This document shows positions 47,761-57,413 of a DNA stretch of 64,000 nucleotides, piece by piece. The stretch comes from an uncultured Candidatus Rokubacteria bacterium (GTDB lineage: Bacteria > Methylomirabilota > Methylomirabilia > Rokubacteriales > CSP1-6). The translations under genes and the position numbers were made by a program. The first letter of the stretch is position 1. The number at the start of each line of letters is the position of its first letter. The stretch lies in NCBI GenBank assembly GCA_963771355.1, contig CAVYTA010000006.1:1824001-1888000 (forward strand). The letters are read 5' to 3'. The notes beneath the pieces are model-generated. The model did not search any database. It had not been told where the DNA came from and saw only the letters and a program-made list of their open reading frames with translations.

Positions 47761-48627
47761 ATGGCGACGCCGTTCACGGACGGCGGCGCGCTGGACCGTG
47801 ATGGGCTGCCGAGGCTGGTGGAGCGGGCGCTCGAGACCGGCATCACGGGCTTCACCGTCCTCGGCATCGCCGGTGAGGCACATCGCCTCACCGACGACGA
47901 GCGCCGGCAGGTGGTGGAGACGGTGGTCAAGGAAGTGCGCGGGCGGGTCCCGGTGGCGGTGGGCGCCTCCGCCTCCGGCACCCATATCGCGGTGGCCCTG
48001 GCGCGCATGGCGCAGGATTCCGGCGCCCAGGCTCTCATGCTGGCCCCGCCCACCGGCTCGCGGAACCTCGACGCGGTGCTCGCCTACTACCACGCGGTGG
48101 CGACGGCCACCCCGCTCCCCATCGTGCTCCAGGACGAGCCGGTGACCACCCAGGTGGTGATGCCGCCCGCCTTCATCGGGCGCGTCGCCGCCGAGATTCC
48201 CAGGGTGGAAGCGGTGAAGCTCGAGGAAGCGCCCACCCTGCCCAAGATCACGCGGCTGCGCGCCCTCTGCGAGCGCCGGGTGGCCATCTTCGGCGGGCTG
48301 GGCGGCTGCTACTTCTTCGAGGAGCTCTCCCGCGGCGCCGACGGCGCCATGACCGGCTTCCCCTACCCCGAAGCCCTGCGCGCCATCCGCGACGAGTTCG
48401 TGGCGGGGCGACGCGGTACCGCCCGTGCGCTCTTCTACCGGTGGCTACCGCTGATCCGGTTCGAGAGCCAGCCCGGCTCCACGCCGGGCACGTCGGTGGG
48501 CATCCGCAAGGAGATCCTCCGCCGGCGCGGGTGGATCGGCTCCGCCTTCGTGCGACCCCCCGCGCCGGCCCTGGACGCGGAAACCCTCGAGGAGCTCACC
48601 GAGATCCTCACCGCCGTCGTCGGCTAG
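47761..48627 (+). CDS. Dihydrodipicolinate synthase/N-acetylneuraminate lyase family protein (non-DapA)
   Basis: ATPF, LGIAGE and Schiff-base Lys in AVKLE; homology probably extends to a CTG at 47731. Confidence 0.88.
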   Translation: MATPFTDGGALDRDGLPRLVERALETGITGFTVLGIAGEAHRLTDDERRQVVETVVKEVRGRVPVAVGASASGTHIAVALARMAQDSGAQALMLAPPTGSRNLDAVLAYYHAVATATPLPIVLQDEPVTTQVVMPPAFIGRVAAEIPRVEAVKLEEAPTLPKITRLRALCERRVAIFGGLGGCYFFEELSRGADGAMTGFPYPEALRAIRDEFVAGRRGTARALFYRWLPLIRFESQPGSTPGTSVGIRKEILRRRGWIGSAFVRPPAPALDAETLEELTEILTAVVG

Positions 48628-48638
48628 GCGGCGCCCCG

Positions 48639-49451
48639 ATGCCCCGCCTTCCCGTCAACGGCATCGGCCTCTTCTATCAGGACCTGGGCGCTCCGTCCGG
48701 CGAGCCGGTGGTCCTCATCATGGGCTGGGGCGGCGATCACACCGCCTGGGCCTTCCAGATGCAGGCCCTCGCCGGGACCCATCGCGTGATCGCGCTCGAC
48801 AATCGGGGCGCGGGGCAGAGCGATCAGCCGGACATCCCGTACTCGATCGCCGGCATGGCGGAGGACGTGGCGGGCCTGATGGAGGCGCTCGGCGTGGCCC
48901 GCGCGCACATCTGCGGCGCCTCGATGGGCGGCATGATCGCGCAGGAGCTGGCACTCCGGTATCCGGCGCGCGTGCAAACCCTCCAGCTGCACTGCACGCT
49001 GGGACACATCGACCCGTACGGAACCTTGGTCGTGGAGAGCCTGCTTCGCGTGCGCGCGCGCGAGGATCGCGAGGAGTGGGCGCGCGCGATGCTGCCCTGG
49101 GTCCTCTGCCGGAAGACCGCCCGCGAGCGTCCCGAGTTCGTCGAGCTCATGCTGCAGCGCTCGCTGGACAACCCTTACCCCACGAGCTATATCGGGCTCC
49201 GACGCCAGGCCGAGGCCATCGGCGGGCACGACACGCTGGACCGTCTGCCCACGCTGCGCGTCCCGACCCTGGTGACGCTCGGCGCGGAGGACATCCTCGT
49301 CCCGCCCGCCTTCTCGCGCGAGGTCCACGCGCGCATCCCGGGCGCCGACCTCGCCGTGATCCCCGACGCCGGCCACGTCCACTTCCTCGAACAGCCCGAC
49401 GCCTTCAACTCGGTAATGCTGGCCTTCCTACGGAAGCACGCCGCCCGCTGA
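48639..49451 (+). CDS. Alpha/beta hydrolase
   Basis: DNRGAG, GASMGG nucleophile elbow, GAEDI and AGH motifs. Confidence 0.93.
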   Translation: MPRLPVNGIGLFYQDLGAPSGEPVVLIMGWGGDHTAWAFQMQALAGTHRVIALDNRGAGQSDQPDIPYSIAGMAEDVAGLMEALGVARAHICGASMGGMIAQELALRYPARVQTLQLHCTLGHIDPYGTLVVESLLRVRAREDREEWARAMLPWVLCRKTARERPEFVELMLQRSLDNPYPTSYIGLRRQAEAIGGHDTLDRLPTLRVPTLVTLGAEDILVPPAFSREVHARIPGADLAVIPDAGHVHFLEQPDAFNSVMLAFLRKHAAR

Positions 49452-49457
49452 CCCGCC

Positions 49458-49585
49458 GGCGCGCGCCGAGAAGGGTCCAGATGCAAGGCGGCGCCCGAGA
49501 TCCGCCTGCGAGGCGTACCCCTGGTACGTTGAGCAGGCGGACGAGTGGCGCCAACGAAGCAGATGGGCCCTTATCGGCGCGCGCC
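49458..49585. mobile_element. 128-bp palindromic MITE/REP-like element between convergent genes
   Basis: 27-bp imperfect terminal inverted repeats (ggcgcgcgccgagaagggtccagatgc / gcagatgggcccttatcggcgcgcgcc) and nested internal stems TCCGCCTGC/GCAGGCGGA and CGTACC/GGTACG. Confidence 0.7.
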
Positions 49586-50493
49586 TAATCCCAGAGGTAG
49601 GAGCGGGGATTGACGGGCGAGCCCTTCACCTGGATCTCGTAATGCAGGTGCGGGCCCGACGAGCGGCCCGTATTTCCCGTGAAGGCGACGACCTGGCCGC
49701 GCTCCACCTGCTCCTCGGCCTGGACGCCCACGCGGGTGAGATGGCCGTACAACGTCTTGATGTCGTTTCCATGGTCGATGATGAGAGTGACCCCGTACTC
49801 CGCGTGCTGGCCCGCGTAGGTCACGATGCCGGGGGCGGGCGCCACCACCGGCGTCCCCCGCACGGCCCCGATGTCGAGCCCGCTGTGAACCTCGACGGAG
49901 TCATCCTGCCAGGGCGAGCTGCGGCGACCGAACTCGGAGTTGACGGAGCCGCGCACGGGCCAGCGAGACGGCAGCGAGGCCAGCACCCGGCTCGCCTTAC
50001 CGACGAAGCGCTCCAGCGACCGGAGACTCTGCCCCTCCTGGGTCACCACCGCGGCCAGACGCTCGAGCTCGTCTGCCACCGCGCCGCCCTCGTCCCCATC
50101 CACGTCCTTCGCGGCCGTGCGCCCGCCGATGCCGCTCTCACTCCGCTCCTGGCCCGCGTCGGGCCCGAAGGGCTGCCAGATCCGGTCGTGGAGGGCGCGC
50201 CAGCCGTCGACCTCGGCCCGGACGCGGGCCACGCGCTGCTGGAACCCCTCGAGCAGCCGCTGCTGATCCGCGAGCCGGGCCTGGAGCGCGGCGAATTCGG
50301 CGCGGTGGACGCGGAGCGCGGAGTAGTCGTGGTACCAGGCCCCGCCGGCGACGAGGAGCAGGCCGAGCAGCCCAACCGCCACCGAGACCAACCAGCGGGG
50401 GGCCGGGAGCCGTATCAGCCGACTGCCATCGGGACGCTCCACCACGACGTGAACTCGCTCGGCCGCCTGCTTCGGTCTCTGCTGTGCGCTCAA
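49585..50493 (-). CDS. M23 family metallopeptidase with N-terminal TM and coiled coil
   Basis: HSGLD, YGHL and GRSSGPHLHYE motifs. Confidence 0.93.
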   Translation of the reverse strand: MSAQQRPKQAAERVHVVVERPDGSRLIRLPAPRWLVSVAVGLLGLLLVAGGAWYHDYSALRVHRAEFAALQARLADQQRLLEGFQQRVARVRAEVDGWRALHDRIWQPFGPDAGQERSESGIGGRTAAKDVDGDEGGAVADELERLAAVVTQEGQSLRSLERFVGKASRVLASLPSRWPVRGSVNSEFGRRSSPWQDDSVEVHSGLDIGAVRGTPVVAPAPGIVTYAGQHAEYGVTLIIDHGNDIKTLYGHLTRVGVQAEEQVERGQVVAFTGNTGRSSGPHLHYEIQVKGSPVNPRSYLWD

Positions 50494-50720
50494 ATGGTCC
50501 TCGCCTCTCGGTGATGGCCGTCGTTCTTGATTTTCTCCCGGGACGCCGCTTGGGGGCGACGGGAGCGCTCGTCTTCGAGCGGACCAGGCACTGCCGGATG
50601 GGTGCCGGGAGGCCGTTTGCCCCTGCGGCTAGCGAGTTTGTAACATCGACTCCGGAGGGTGTCAACCCTGAATCGCCACGAATCGCCTCAGCTCTTGAGC
50701 CCATGCATCCGCTCGATTTG

Positions 50721-50750
50721 TTGACAGTTTTGACAAGGCAGGAGTATGAT
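50721..50750 (+). promoter_or_regulatory. Sigma70 promoter for alaC-hom
   Basis: TTGACA-N18-TATGAT; a second TTGACA at 50730. Confidence 0.6.
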
Positions 50751-50766
50751 TTTCGGCGGGTTTCCC

Positions 50767-51939
50767 ATGGACGACTTCTACCGCATCAAGCGCCTTCCTC
50801 CCTACGTCTTCGCCATTGTGAATGACCTCAAGGCCAAGGCCCGCGCCCGAGGGGAAGACGTCATCGATCTCGGCATGGGCAATCCCGACCAGGCCACCCC
50901 CAAGCACATCGTGGACAAGCTCGTCGAGGCGGCGCGCAATCCGCGCAATCATCGCTACTCGGCGTCCAAGGGCATCACGCGGCTGCGCAAGGCCATCACC
51001 ACCTGGTACGCGACCCGCTTCGGGGTGGAGCTCGATCCCGAGACCGAGGCCATCGCCACCATCGGCGCCAAGGAGGGGCTGGCCCATCTCGCCCTGGCCG
51101 TGCTCCAGCCGGGCGACGGCGCGCTGGTCCCGAACCCCACCTACCCCATCCACTCGTACTCGGTGGTCATCGCCGACGGAGACCTGCGCTCGGTGCCGCT
51201 GGTGCCGGGCGAGGACTTCTTCGCCCGCCTCACCGAGACCGCGCGCCTGTCGTGGCCCAAGGCCAAGCTGCTCATCCTGTCCTTTCCGCATAATCCCACC
51301 ACGCTCTGCGTGGACCGCGACTTCTTCGTCAAGGTGGTGGCGTTCGCCAAGGAGCACCACCTGATGGTGGTGCACGACTTTGCCTACGCGGATATCGCCT
51401 TCGACGGGTACCGGCCGCCCTCCTTCCTGGAGGTCCCGGGAGCCAAGGACGTCGGCGTGGAGTTCGTCTCGACGACGAAGTCCTACAACATGGCGGGCTG
51501 GCGGCTGGCCTTCTGCTGCGGCAACCGGCAGATGGTCACTGCGCTCGCGCGGATGAAGTCCTACCTCGACTACGGCGTGTTCCAGCCCATCCAGATCGCG
51601 GGCATCGTGGCGCTGGAAGGCGACCAGAAATGCGTGGCCGAGATCAACGAGCTGTACCGCCGCCGCCGCAACGTGCTCGTGGACGGGCTCAACAAGATCG
51701 GCTGGCAGGTGGAGAAGCCCAAGGGCACCATGTTCGTGTGGGCGCCGGTGCCCGAGGCCTTCCGAGCCATGGGCTCGCTCGAGTTCTCCAAGATGCTCAT
51801 CCAGGAGTGCAAGGTCGCGGTGTCCCCGGGCATCGGCTTCGGCGAGTACGGCGAGGGCCACGTCCGCTTCGCCCTCGTCGAGAACGAGCAGCGCATCAAG
51901 CAGGCGCTGCGCGGCCTCAAGACCCTCGCCTCCCGGTGA
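50767..51939 (+). CDS. alaC: PLP-dependent class I/II aminotransferase, AlaC-like
   Basis: [29 protein letters not shown] and [10 protein letters not shown] motifs. Confidence 0.85.
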   Translation: MDDFYRIKRLPPYVFAIVNDLKAKARARGEDVIDLGMGNPDQATPKHIVDKLVEAARNPRNHRYSASKGITRLRKAITTWYATRFGVELDPETEAIATIGAKEGLAHLALAVLQPGDGALVPNPTYPIHSYSVVIADGDLRSVPLVPGEDFFARLTETARLSWPKAKLLILSFPHNPTTLCVDRDFFVKVVAFAKEHHLMVVHDFAYADIAFDGYRPPSFLEVPGAKDVGVEFVSTTKSYNMAGWRLAFCCGNRQMVTALARMKSYLDYGVFQPIQIAGIVALEGDQKCVAEINELYRRRRNVLVDGLNKIGWQVEKPKGTMFVWAPVPEAFRAMGSLEFSKMLIQECKVAVSPGIGFGEYGEGHVRFALVENEQRIKQALRGLKTLASR

Positions 51940-51964
51940 AGCGCCCCGGGGCGGCCATCCCCGC

Positions 51965-53266
51965 ATGAACGAGATCAAGGTCGGTCTCCTCGGGCTCGGC
52001 ACCGTGGGCGCGGGCGTGGCGCGAATCCTCCAGACGCACGGCGCCGAGATGGAGGAGCGCGCCGGCTGCAAGCTCACGCTCGCCGCCATCGCAGACCTGG
52101 ACCTCGTCCGCCCGCGCGAGGGCCTGGACCTGGCGCGCCTGCCGCTGACCTCCGACGTGGAGCGCGTGCTCGGCGACCCCGCGGTGCACATCGTCATCGA
52201 GCTGGTGGGCGGACTGGAGCCCGCGCGCACCTTCATCCTGCGCGCGCTGGCCTCCGGCAAGCACGTGGTCACCGCCAACAAGGCCCTGCTCGCCCACCAC
52301 GGCCCGGAGCTCTTCGAGGAGGCGCGGCGGAACGGCGTGATGCTCGGCTTCGAGGCGGCGGTGGCGGGCGGCATTCCCCTCATCCGCGCCGTCAAGGACG
52401 GCCTGCCTGCGAACCGCATCCGCTCCGCCTTCGGCATCGTCAACGGAACGTGCAACTACATCCTGTCCAAGATGACCGACGAGGGCCTGGACTTCTCGGG
52501 TGTGCTCAAGGAAGCGCAGGCGCGCGGCTACGCGGAGGCCGACCCCACGCTGGACATCGAGGGGCTCGACTCCGCCCACAAGCTCCAGATCCTCGCCATG
52601 CTCGCCTTCCGCACCGCGGTGGATCTCAAGGACATCTACACCGAGGGGATCACGGGGGTCTCGCAGGCGGACGTGGTCAACGCCCGCGAGCTCGGCTACC
52701 GGATCAAGCTCCTCGCCATCGCCAAGGCGGGCGACGGCGCGCTGGAGGCCCGGGTGCATCCCACCATGATCCCGGCGATCTCGCCCATGGCCGCCGTCTC
52801 CGGCGTCTTCAACGCGGTCTTCATCACCGGCGACAACGTGGGGGACCTCATGTTCTACGGGCGCGGCGCGGGCCAGCTGCCCACCGCCTCCGCGGTGTGG
52901 TCGGACGCGCTGGACATCGCCCGTCGCGTGGCCCACGGCGTTCCCGCGCTCGCGGTGGACCTGCCCTCCGCCGCGCAGACGCCGCTCCCCATCCGGCCCA
53001 TCGACGACATCCGCACCGCCTACTACCTCCGCGTGATGGCCCTGGACCGGCCGGGTGTGCTCGCCCAGGTGGCGGGCATCCTGGGGCAGCACGGCATCTC
53101 GCTCGTCTCCGTGCTCCAGAAGACGCGCGCCGAGCAGCACGAGGCGGTGCCGGTGGTGATGATGACTCACGAGGCGCGCGAGCGCGACATGCGGGCCGCG
53201 CTGGCCGCCATCGACCGGCTGCCGGTGGTGGTCGGGCCCACCACCATGATCCGGGTCGAGGCCTGA
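51965..53266 (+). CDS. hom: Homoserine dehydrogenase with C-terminal ACT domain
   Basis: GLGTVG, VVTANK, FEAAVAGGIP, GYAEADP and DRPGVLA motifs. Confidence 0.97.
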   Translation: MNEIKVGLLGLGTVGAGVARILQTHGAEMEERAGCKLTLAAIADLDLVRPREGLDLARLPLTSDVERVLGDPAVHIVIELVGGLEPARTFILRALASGKHVVTANKALLAHHGPELFEEARRNGVMLGFEAAVAGGIPLIRAVKDGLPANRIRSAFGIVNGTCNYILSKMTDEGLDFSGVLKEAQARGYAEADPTLDIEGLDSAHKLQILAMLAFRTAVDLKDIYTEGITGVSQADVVNARELGYRIKLLAIAKAGDGALEARVHPTMIPAISPMAAVSGVFNAVFITGDNVGDLMFYGRGAGQLPTASAVWSDALDIARRVAHGVPALAVDLPSAAQTPLPIRPIDDIRTAYYLRVMALDRPGVLAQVAGILGQHGISLVSVLQKTRAEQHEAVPVVMMTHEARERDMRAALAAIDRLPVVVGPTTMIRVEA

Positions 53267-53297
53267 TGCCCGATCTCTCCGAGCGCTGACTCCGCGC

Positions 53298-54290
53298 GTG
53301 CCGTCGCGCGGACGGCTCCTCAAGATCGTCCTCGGGCTCGCGGTCAGCGCGGCCCTCATCGTGTATCTCTTCTCGCACGCGGACCTGCGCGCCATCGGTG
53401 CGCGCCTCGCCGACACGCACTGGGGCTTCCTCGCCGCGAGCGTCGCGCTGAGCCTCGGCTCCCTCTGGGCTCGGTCCCGGCGCTGGAGGTATCTCTTCCC
53501 GCCGGGCGCAAATCCCTCGGGCCTCTTCAACGCGGTGATGATCGGCTACATGGCCAATAACCTCCTTCCCCTTCGTGCGGGCGAGGTGGTCCGAGCCTAC
53601 GTGGTCACCCGGCGCGGTCAGCGCTTCTGGACCACGGTGACCACCATGGTGGTGGAGCGCGTGCTCGACGGGCTCGCCATCGGGCTCCTGCTCGCCTCGC
53701 TCTTCCTGCTCATCCCCGTCCCGCGCGAGCTCGAGTGGGCCGCCCTCGTCTTCCTCTCGTTAGATCTCGCCCTCATCGCCTTCCTGGGAGTCTTCGCTCT
53801 GGCGCCCACACGGTGCAACCGGCTGGCCCGCATCCTCACCGGCGGCCGCCCCTCGCTCGCCGCTCGGTTGGAACGGCTGCTCGACACCTTGGACCGCGGC
53901 CTCGCCGGGGTGCGGGCGCCGCGCCATGTCCTGCCCATGCTCGGCTGGTCCTGCGCCATCTGGATCGCGCAGGTGGCCTCCATCTGGGCCGGCTTTCACG
54001 CCGCGCGGCTGGATCTGCCGCTGGTGGCGGCCTGGACCACGCTGGCCTTTCTCGGCCTCGGGGTGAGCCTTCCGTCGAGCCCGGGCTTCGTCGGGGTGAT
54101 CCAAGCGGCGGTAGTCACGGCCCTCCGTCTCTTCAGCGTGCCGTACGACGACGCCCTGTCCTTCTCGCTGCTCTTCCACGTCTCGCAGTTCGTCCCCGTG
54201 ACCGTCTGGGGGCTGGTCTTGCTCTTCGTGGAGCACGTGAGCCTGGCCGAGGCCGTGCGGACCCAGGACGTTACCCAGGATCTACGCTAA
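53298..54290 (+). CDS. Lysylphosphatidylglycerol synthase TM / flippase-like membrane protein
   Basis: RW, NNLLPLRAGE, VERVLD and PSSPGFVG motifs. Confidence 0.9.
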   Translation: MPSRGRLLKIVLGLAVSAALIVYLFSHADLRAIGARLADTHWGFLAASVALSLGSLWARSRRWRYLFPPGANPSGLFNAVMIGYMANNLLPLRAGEVVRAYVVTRRGQRFWTTVTTMVVERVLDGLAIGLLLASLFLLIPVPRELEWAALVFLSLDLALIAFLGVFALAPTRCNRLARILTGGRPSLAARLERLLDTLDRGLAGVRAPRHVLPMLGWSCAIWIAQVASIWAGFHAARLDLPLVAAWTTLAFLGLGVSLPSSPGFVGVIQAAVVTALRLFSVPYDDALSFSLLFHVSQFVPVTVWGLVLLFVEHVSLAEAVRTQDVTQDLR

Positions 54291-54310
54291 CTTAGCCGGC
54301 ACCCCCGTGT

Positions 54311-54337
54311 GTAAACGGGGTCCCGCGGCCGCGCGTC
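54311..54337 (+). promoter_or_regulatory. ECF-type promoter upstream of the sigma gene
   Basis: GTAAAC-N17-CGTC, matching the general ECF AAC/CGT pattern. Confidence 0.55.
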
Positions 54338-54406
54338 TTACCAGCGAAGGGAAGCGGGGGAGGGCATTCGCCTATCCGCCCGCCACTAGGTGGCGCGCAT
54401 GAGCAT

Positions 54407-55009
54407 ATGGGAAGATCGGACCGAGACGAGTCCGTGGAGCCATCCGATGAAGCACTGTGCCGGAGCGTGGCAAATCGCGAGCCGGAGGCCTTCGACCTCC
54501 TCGTGGAGCGGTACCAGGAGCGGGCCTACCGGATCGCCTGGTCCGTCGTTCGCGATCGCGAGGACGCCAAGGATTGCGCCCAGGAAGCCTTCATCCGCCT
54601 GCACGACGCGGCGGGGTCCTTTGCCGGCGAGTCCAAGTTCTCGACCTGGTTCTACCGGATCCTGGTCAACTGCTGCCTCGACCATCGCCGCCGCGGACGC
54701 GGCTGGCGCCGCCTTCTCGTCTGGCGCGACGCCGAGGACGAGGACGAGGCCGGCGGTCTCGTCGAGCGCCAGCCGGCGCCGCCGGACGATCCCGGTGAGC
54801 GCATGGACGAGGATCAAAAGATGAGCCGGATCTGGGAGGCCGTGGAGACGCTCTCGCCCCAGCAACGCGCGGCGGTAACGCTGCAGTGCCGCGAGGGGCT
54901 GGCCACCAAGGAGATCGCGTCGGTGCTGGGCACCTCGGAGGCCACCGTCCGCGTGCACCTGCATCGGGCCTTCGCGACGCTCCGCCGCCGCGTGGGAGGC
55001 ACCCCGTGA
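54407..55009 (+). CDS. ECF RNA polymerase sigma factor
   Basis: DAKDCAQEAF, FSTWFYRI and region 4 EIASVLGTSEATVRVHLHRA. Confidence 0.95.
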   Translation: MGRSDRDESVEPSDEALCRSVANREPEAFDLLVERYQERAYRIAWSVVRDREDAKDCAQEAFIRLHDAAGSFAGESKFSTWFYRILVNCCLDHRRRGRGWRRLLVWRDAEDEDEAGGLVERQPAPPDDPGERMDEDQKMSRIWEAVETLSPQQRAAVTLQCREGLATKEIASVLGTSEATVRVHLHRAFATLRRRVGGTP

Positions 55010-55500
55010 CCGCGCATCCGTCCGACCGGCTGCTTCCCTATCTGCGCGGGGAGCTGGCCACCGCAGAGCGCGCGGCGGTGGACACCCATCTGGCCGTCTG
55101 CGCGGAGTGCCGCGACACCGTCCGGGACTTCGCCATCCTCGCGGAGCGGCTCGCCCGCGCGCCGGAGCCGGCGCCGCCGATTCACTGGGGCGCGTTCCGG
55201 GCCCAGCTCCACGAGAAGCTGGACCGCCGGGAGCGCCCCGTCGCGACCGGACGGCGCTGGTCGATGGGCCCCGTGCCCGCGACGCTGGCCGCCGGCCTCG
55301 CCGCGGTGCTGCTGTATCTGGGCGTGCTCGGCCCGGGCGCACTGACGCCCGTGGGCAATCAGGCCCTGCTGGAGGGCGAGGTGCTGGACGGCCGCCTCGA
55401 CGTGGTCTCGCAGCTCGATCTCGTCCAGAACCTGGACCTCTTCGAGGACTTCGACGCCATCGATCGGCTCGACCCCCTGGCACCGAGCGAGGAGAGCTGA
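55006..55500 (+). CDS. Zinc-finger (ZAS, zf-HC2) membrane anti-sigma factor
   Basis: GTGA coupling; HLAVCAEC (HxxxCxxC); one TM helix. Confidence 0.88.
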   Translation: MTAHPSDRLLPYLRGELATAERAAVDTHLAVCAECRDTVRDFAILAERLARAPEPAPPIHWGAFRAQLHEKLDRRERPVATGRRWSMGPVPATLAAGLAAVLLYLGVLGPGALTPVGNQALLEGEVLDGRLDVVSQLDLVQNLDLFEDFDAIDRLDPLAPSEES

Positions 55501-55504
55501 GGCC

Positions 55505-56155
55505 GTGTTGACACGGCTCTTCGTGGCCCTCGTGGCCGCGCTCGTCCTCGGGCTGGCCTCCCATCCCACGGGCGCCCAGTCGCCGCCCCCGGCGAGCCAT
55601 CCGCCCAGTGCAGACTTCGACAAGCTCTCGCCCGAGGAGCAGGCCGGGATGCGGCAGAAGCGGGAGCGCTGGCGCACGATGTCGCCCGAGCAGCGCGAGC
55701 AGGCCCTCGAGAAGTATCGCCACTGGAAGTCGCTCACCCCCGAGGAGCAGCAGCAGGCGCGGCAGAACAAGGAGCGCCTCCAGCGCTTGACGCCGGCCGA
55801 GCGCGCCCAGATCCTCCACGATTTCCAGCGCTGGAACGAGCTGCCGGCGGAGCGCCGGCAGGAGCTGGAGCAGGCCCACGATCGCTTCCAGAAGCTGCCG
55901 CCCGAGCGCCAGCAGCAGATCATGGAGCGGCTGCGCCGGTACCAGAGCCTCTCGCCCGAGGAGCGAGAACGGGTGGACAAGAATCTCGAGCGCTGGCGGA
56001 ACATGTCCCCCGAGGAGCGCCAGAAGGCCCGCGAGGCCATGCGCGAGCGCCGCCGCGACCGCGAGACGGACGGCGGCACGCCGACCCGCCCGCGCGCCGG
56101 CGATCCCTCCGGCGTCGTCCCCGGTGCTCCGGGCGGAGCCGGGCCCAACCGGTAG
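55505..56155 (+). CDS. DUF3106-like periplasmic helical repeat protein
   Basis: Signal peptide; ~18-aa repeats (W/F)xx(L/M)(S/T/P)PE(E/Q)R. Confidence 0.85.
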   Translation: MLTRLFVALVAALVLGLASHPTGAQSPPPASHPPSADFDKLSPEEQAGMRQKRERWRTMSPEQREQALEKYRHWKSLTPEEQQQARQNKERLQRLTPAERAQILHDFQRWNELPAERRQELEQAHDRFQKLPPERQQQIMERLRRYQSLSPEERERVDKNLERWRNMSPEERQKAREAMRERRRDRETDGGTPTRPRAGDPSGVVPGAPGGAGPNR

Positions 56156-56181
56156 CGGGTCATATGGTAAATTGGCCCCTC

Positions 56182-57411
56182 ATGGGCCAGTTGATCGTCC
56201 AGAAGTACGGCGGCTCTTCAGTCGCCGATCCCGAGAAGATCAAGAACGTGGCCCGCCGCGTGGCCGAGGGTGCGCGCCAGGGCCACCGCATGGTGGTGGT
56301 GGTCTCGGCCATGGGCAAGACCACCGACTCCCTCATCGCCCTCGCCGGCGCCATCACCCCGATGCCGGATCCGCGCGAGATGGACATGCTGCTCGCCACC
56401 GGCGAGCAGGTCACCATCGGGCTCCTCGCCATGGCGCTGCAGGCCATGGGCCACCCCGCCCGCTCCTTCACCGGGCCGCAGGTGGGCATGGTCACGGACG
56501 ACGCGCACACGCGCGCCCGCATCAAGCGCATCACCGCCGAGCGGATCGGCGCCGCGCTCGCCGCGGGGAAGGTGGCGGTGGTGGCGGGCTTCCAGGGCAT
56601 GACCGAGGCCGGCGACATCACCACGCTGGGCCGCGGCGGCTCCGACCTGACCGGGGTGGCACTGGCCGCCGCGCTGAAGGCCGACGTGTGCGAGATCTTC
56701 ACCGACGTGGACGGTGTCTACACCGCGGACCCCAACGTGGTGCCGGACGCCCGCAAGCTCGCCCGGGTCTCTTACGACGAGATGCTCGAGATGGCCGCGC
56801 TGGGGGCCAGGGTCCTCCAGGCCCGCTCGGTGGAGTTCGCCAAGAAGTACAGCGTGCCCGTCCATGTGCGCTCGACGTTCAAGTCCGACCCGGGCACGCT
56901 GGTGACGAGGGAGGATCTCAGCATGGAAGAGGTGGTGGTCACCGGCATCACCCACGATCGGGGCCAGGCGAAGCTCTCGATTCTCCGCGTCCCCGACCGC
57001 CCGGGCATCGCCTCGCGGGTCTTCGGCTCGCTCGGCAGCCAGAACATCGTGGTGGACATGATCGTGCAGAACATCAGTCGCGACGGTTACACCGACATCT
57101 CCTTCACCCTCGCCCGCGCCGATCGCGCCCGCGCCGAGCAGGTGCTGGGCAACGTGGGCAAGGAGGTGGGCGCCTCCGGGGTGATGGCGGACGACCGCGT
57201 GGCCAAGGTGTCCATCGTGGGCGTGGGCATGCGCAGCCACGCCGGGGTGGCGGCGCGGATGTTCGATACGCTGTCCCGGGAAGGCGTCAACATCCAGATG
57301 ATCTCCACCTCGGAAATCGCGGTGTCCTGCGTGATCGAGGACAAGTACACCGAGCTCGCGGTGCGGGCACTCCACGACGCCTTCGAGCTGGGCAAGGAGC
57401 GAGGAGCCTGA
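56182..57411 (+). CDS. lysC: Aspartate kinase
   Basis: [29 protein letters not shown] and two ACT domains. Confidence 0.97.
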   Translation: MGQLIVQKYGGSSVADPEKIKNVARRVAEGARQGHRMVVVVSAMGKTTDSLIALAGAITPMPDPREMDMLLATGEQVTIGLLAMALQAMGHPARSFTGPQVGMVTDDAHTRARIKRITAERIGAALAAGKVAVVAGFQGMTEAGDITTLGRGGSDLTGVALAAALKADVCEIFTDVDGVYTADPNVVPDARKLARVSYDEMLEMAALGARVLQARSVEFAKKYSVPVHVRSTFKSDPGTLVTREDLSMEEVVVTGITHDRGQAKLSILRVPDRPGIASRVFGSLGSQNIVVDMIVQNISRDGYTDISFTLARADRARAEQVLGNVGKEVGASGVMADDRVAKVSIVGVGMRSHAGVAARMFDTLSREGVNIQMISTSEIAVSCVIEDKYTELAVRALHDAFELGKERGA

Positions 57412-57413
57412 CC

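Noticed and set aside
47761..48627. Calling this gene dapA
   Set aside because: Lacks GTTGE and the catalytic YNxP tyrosine (has GIAGE and LQDEP).
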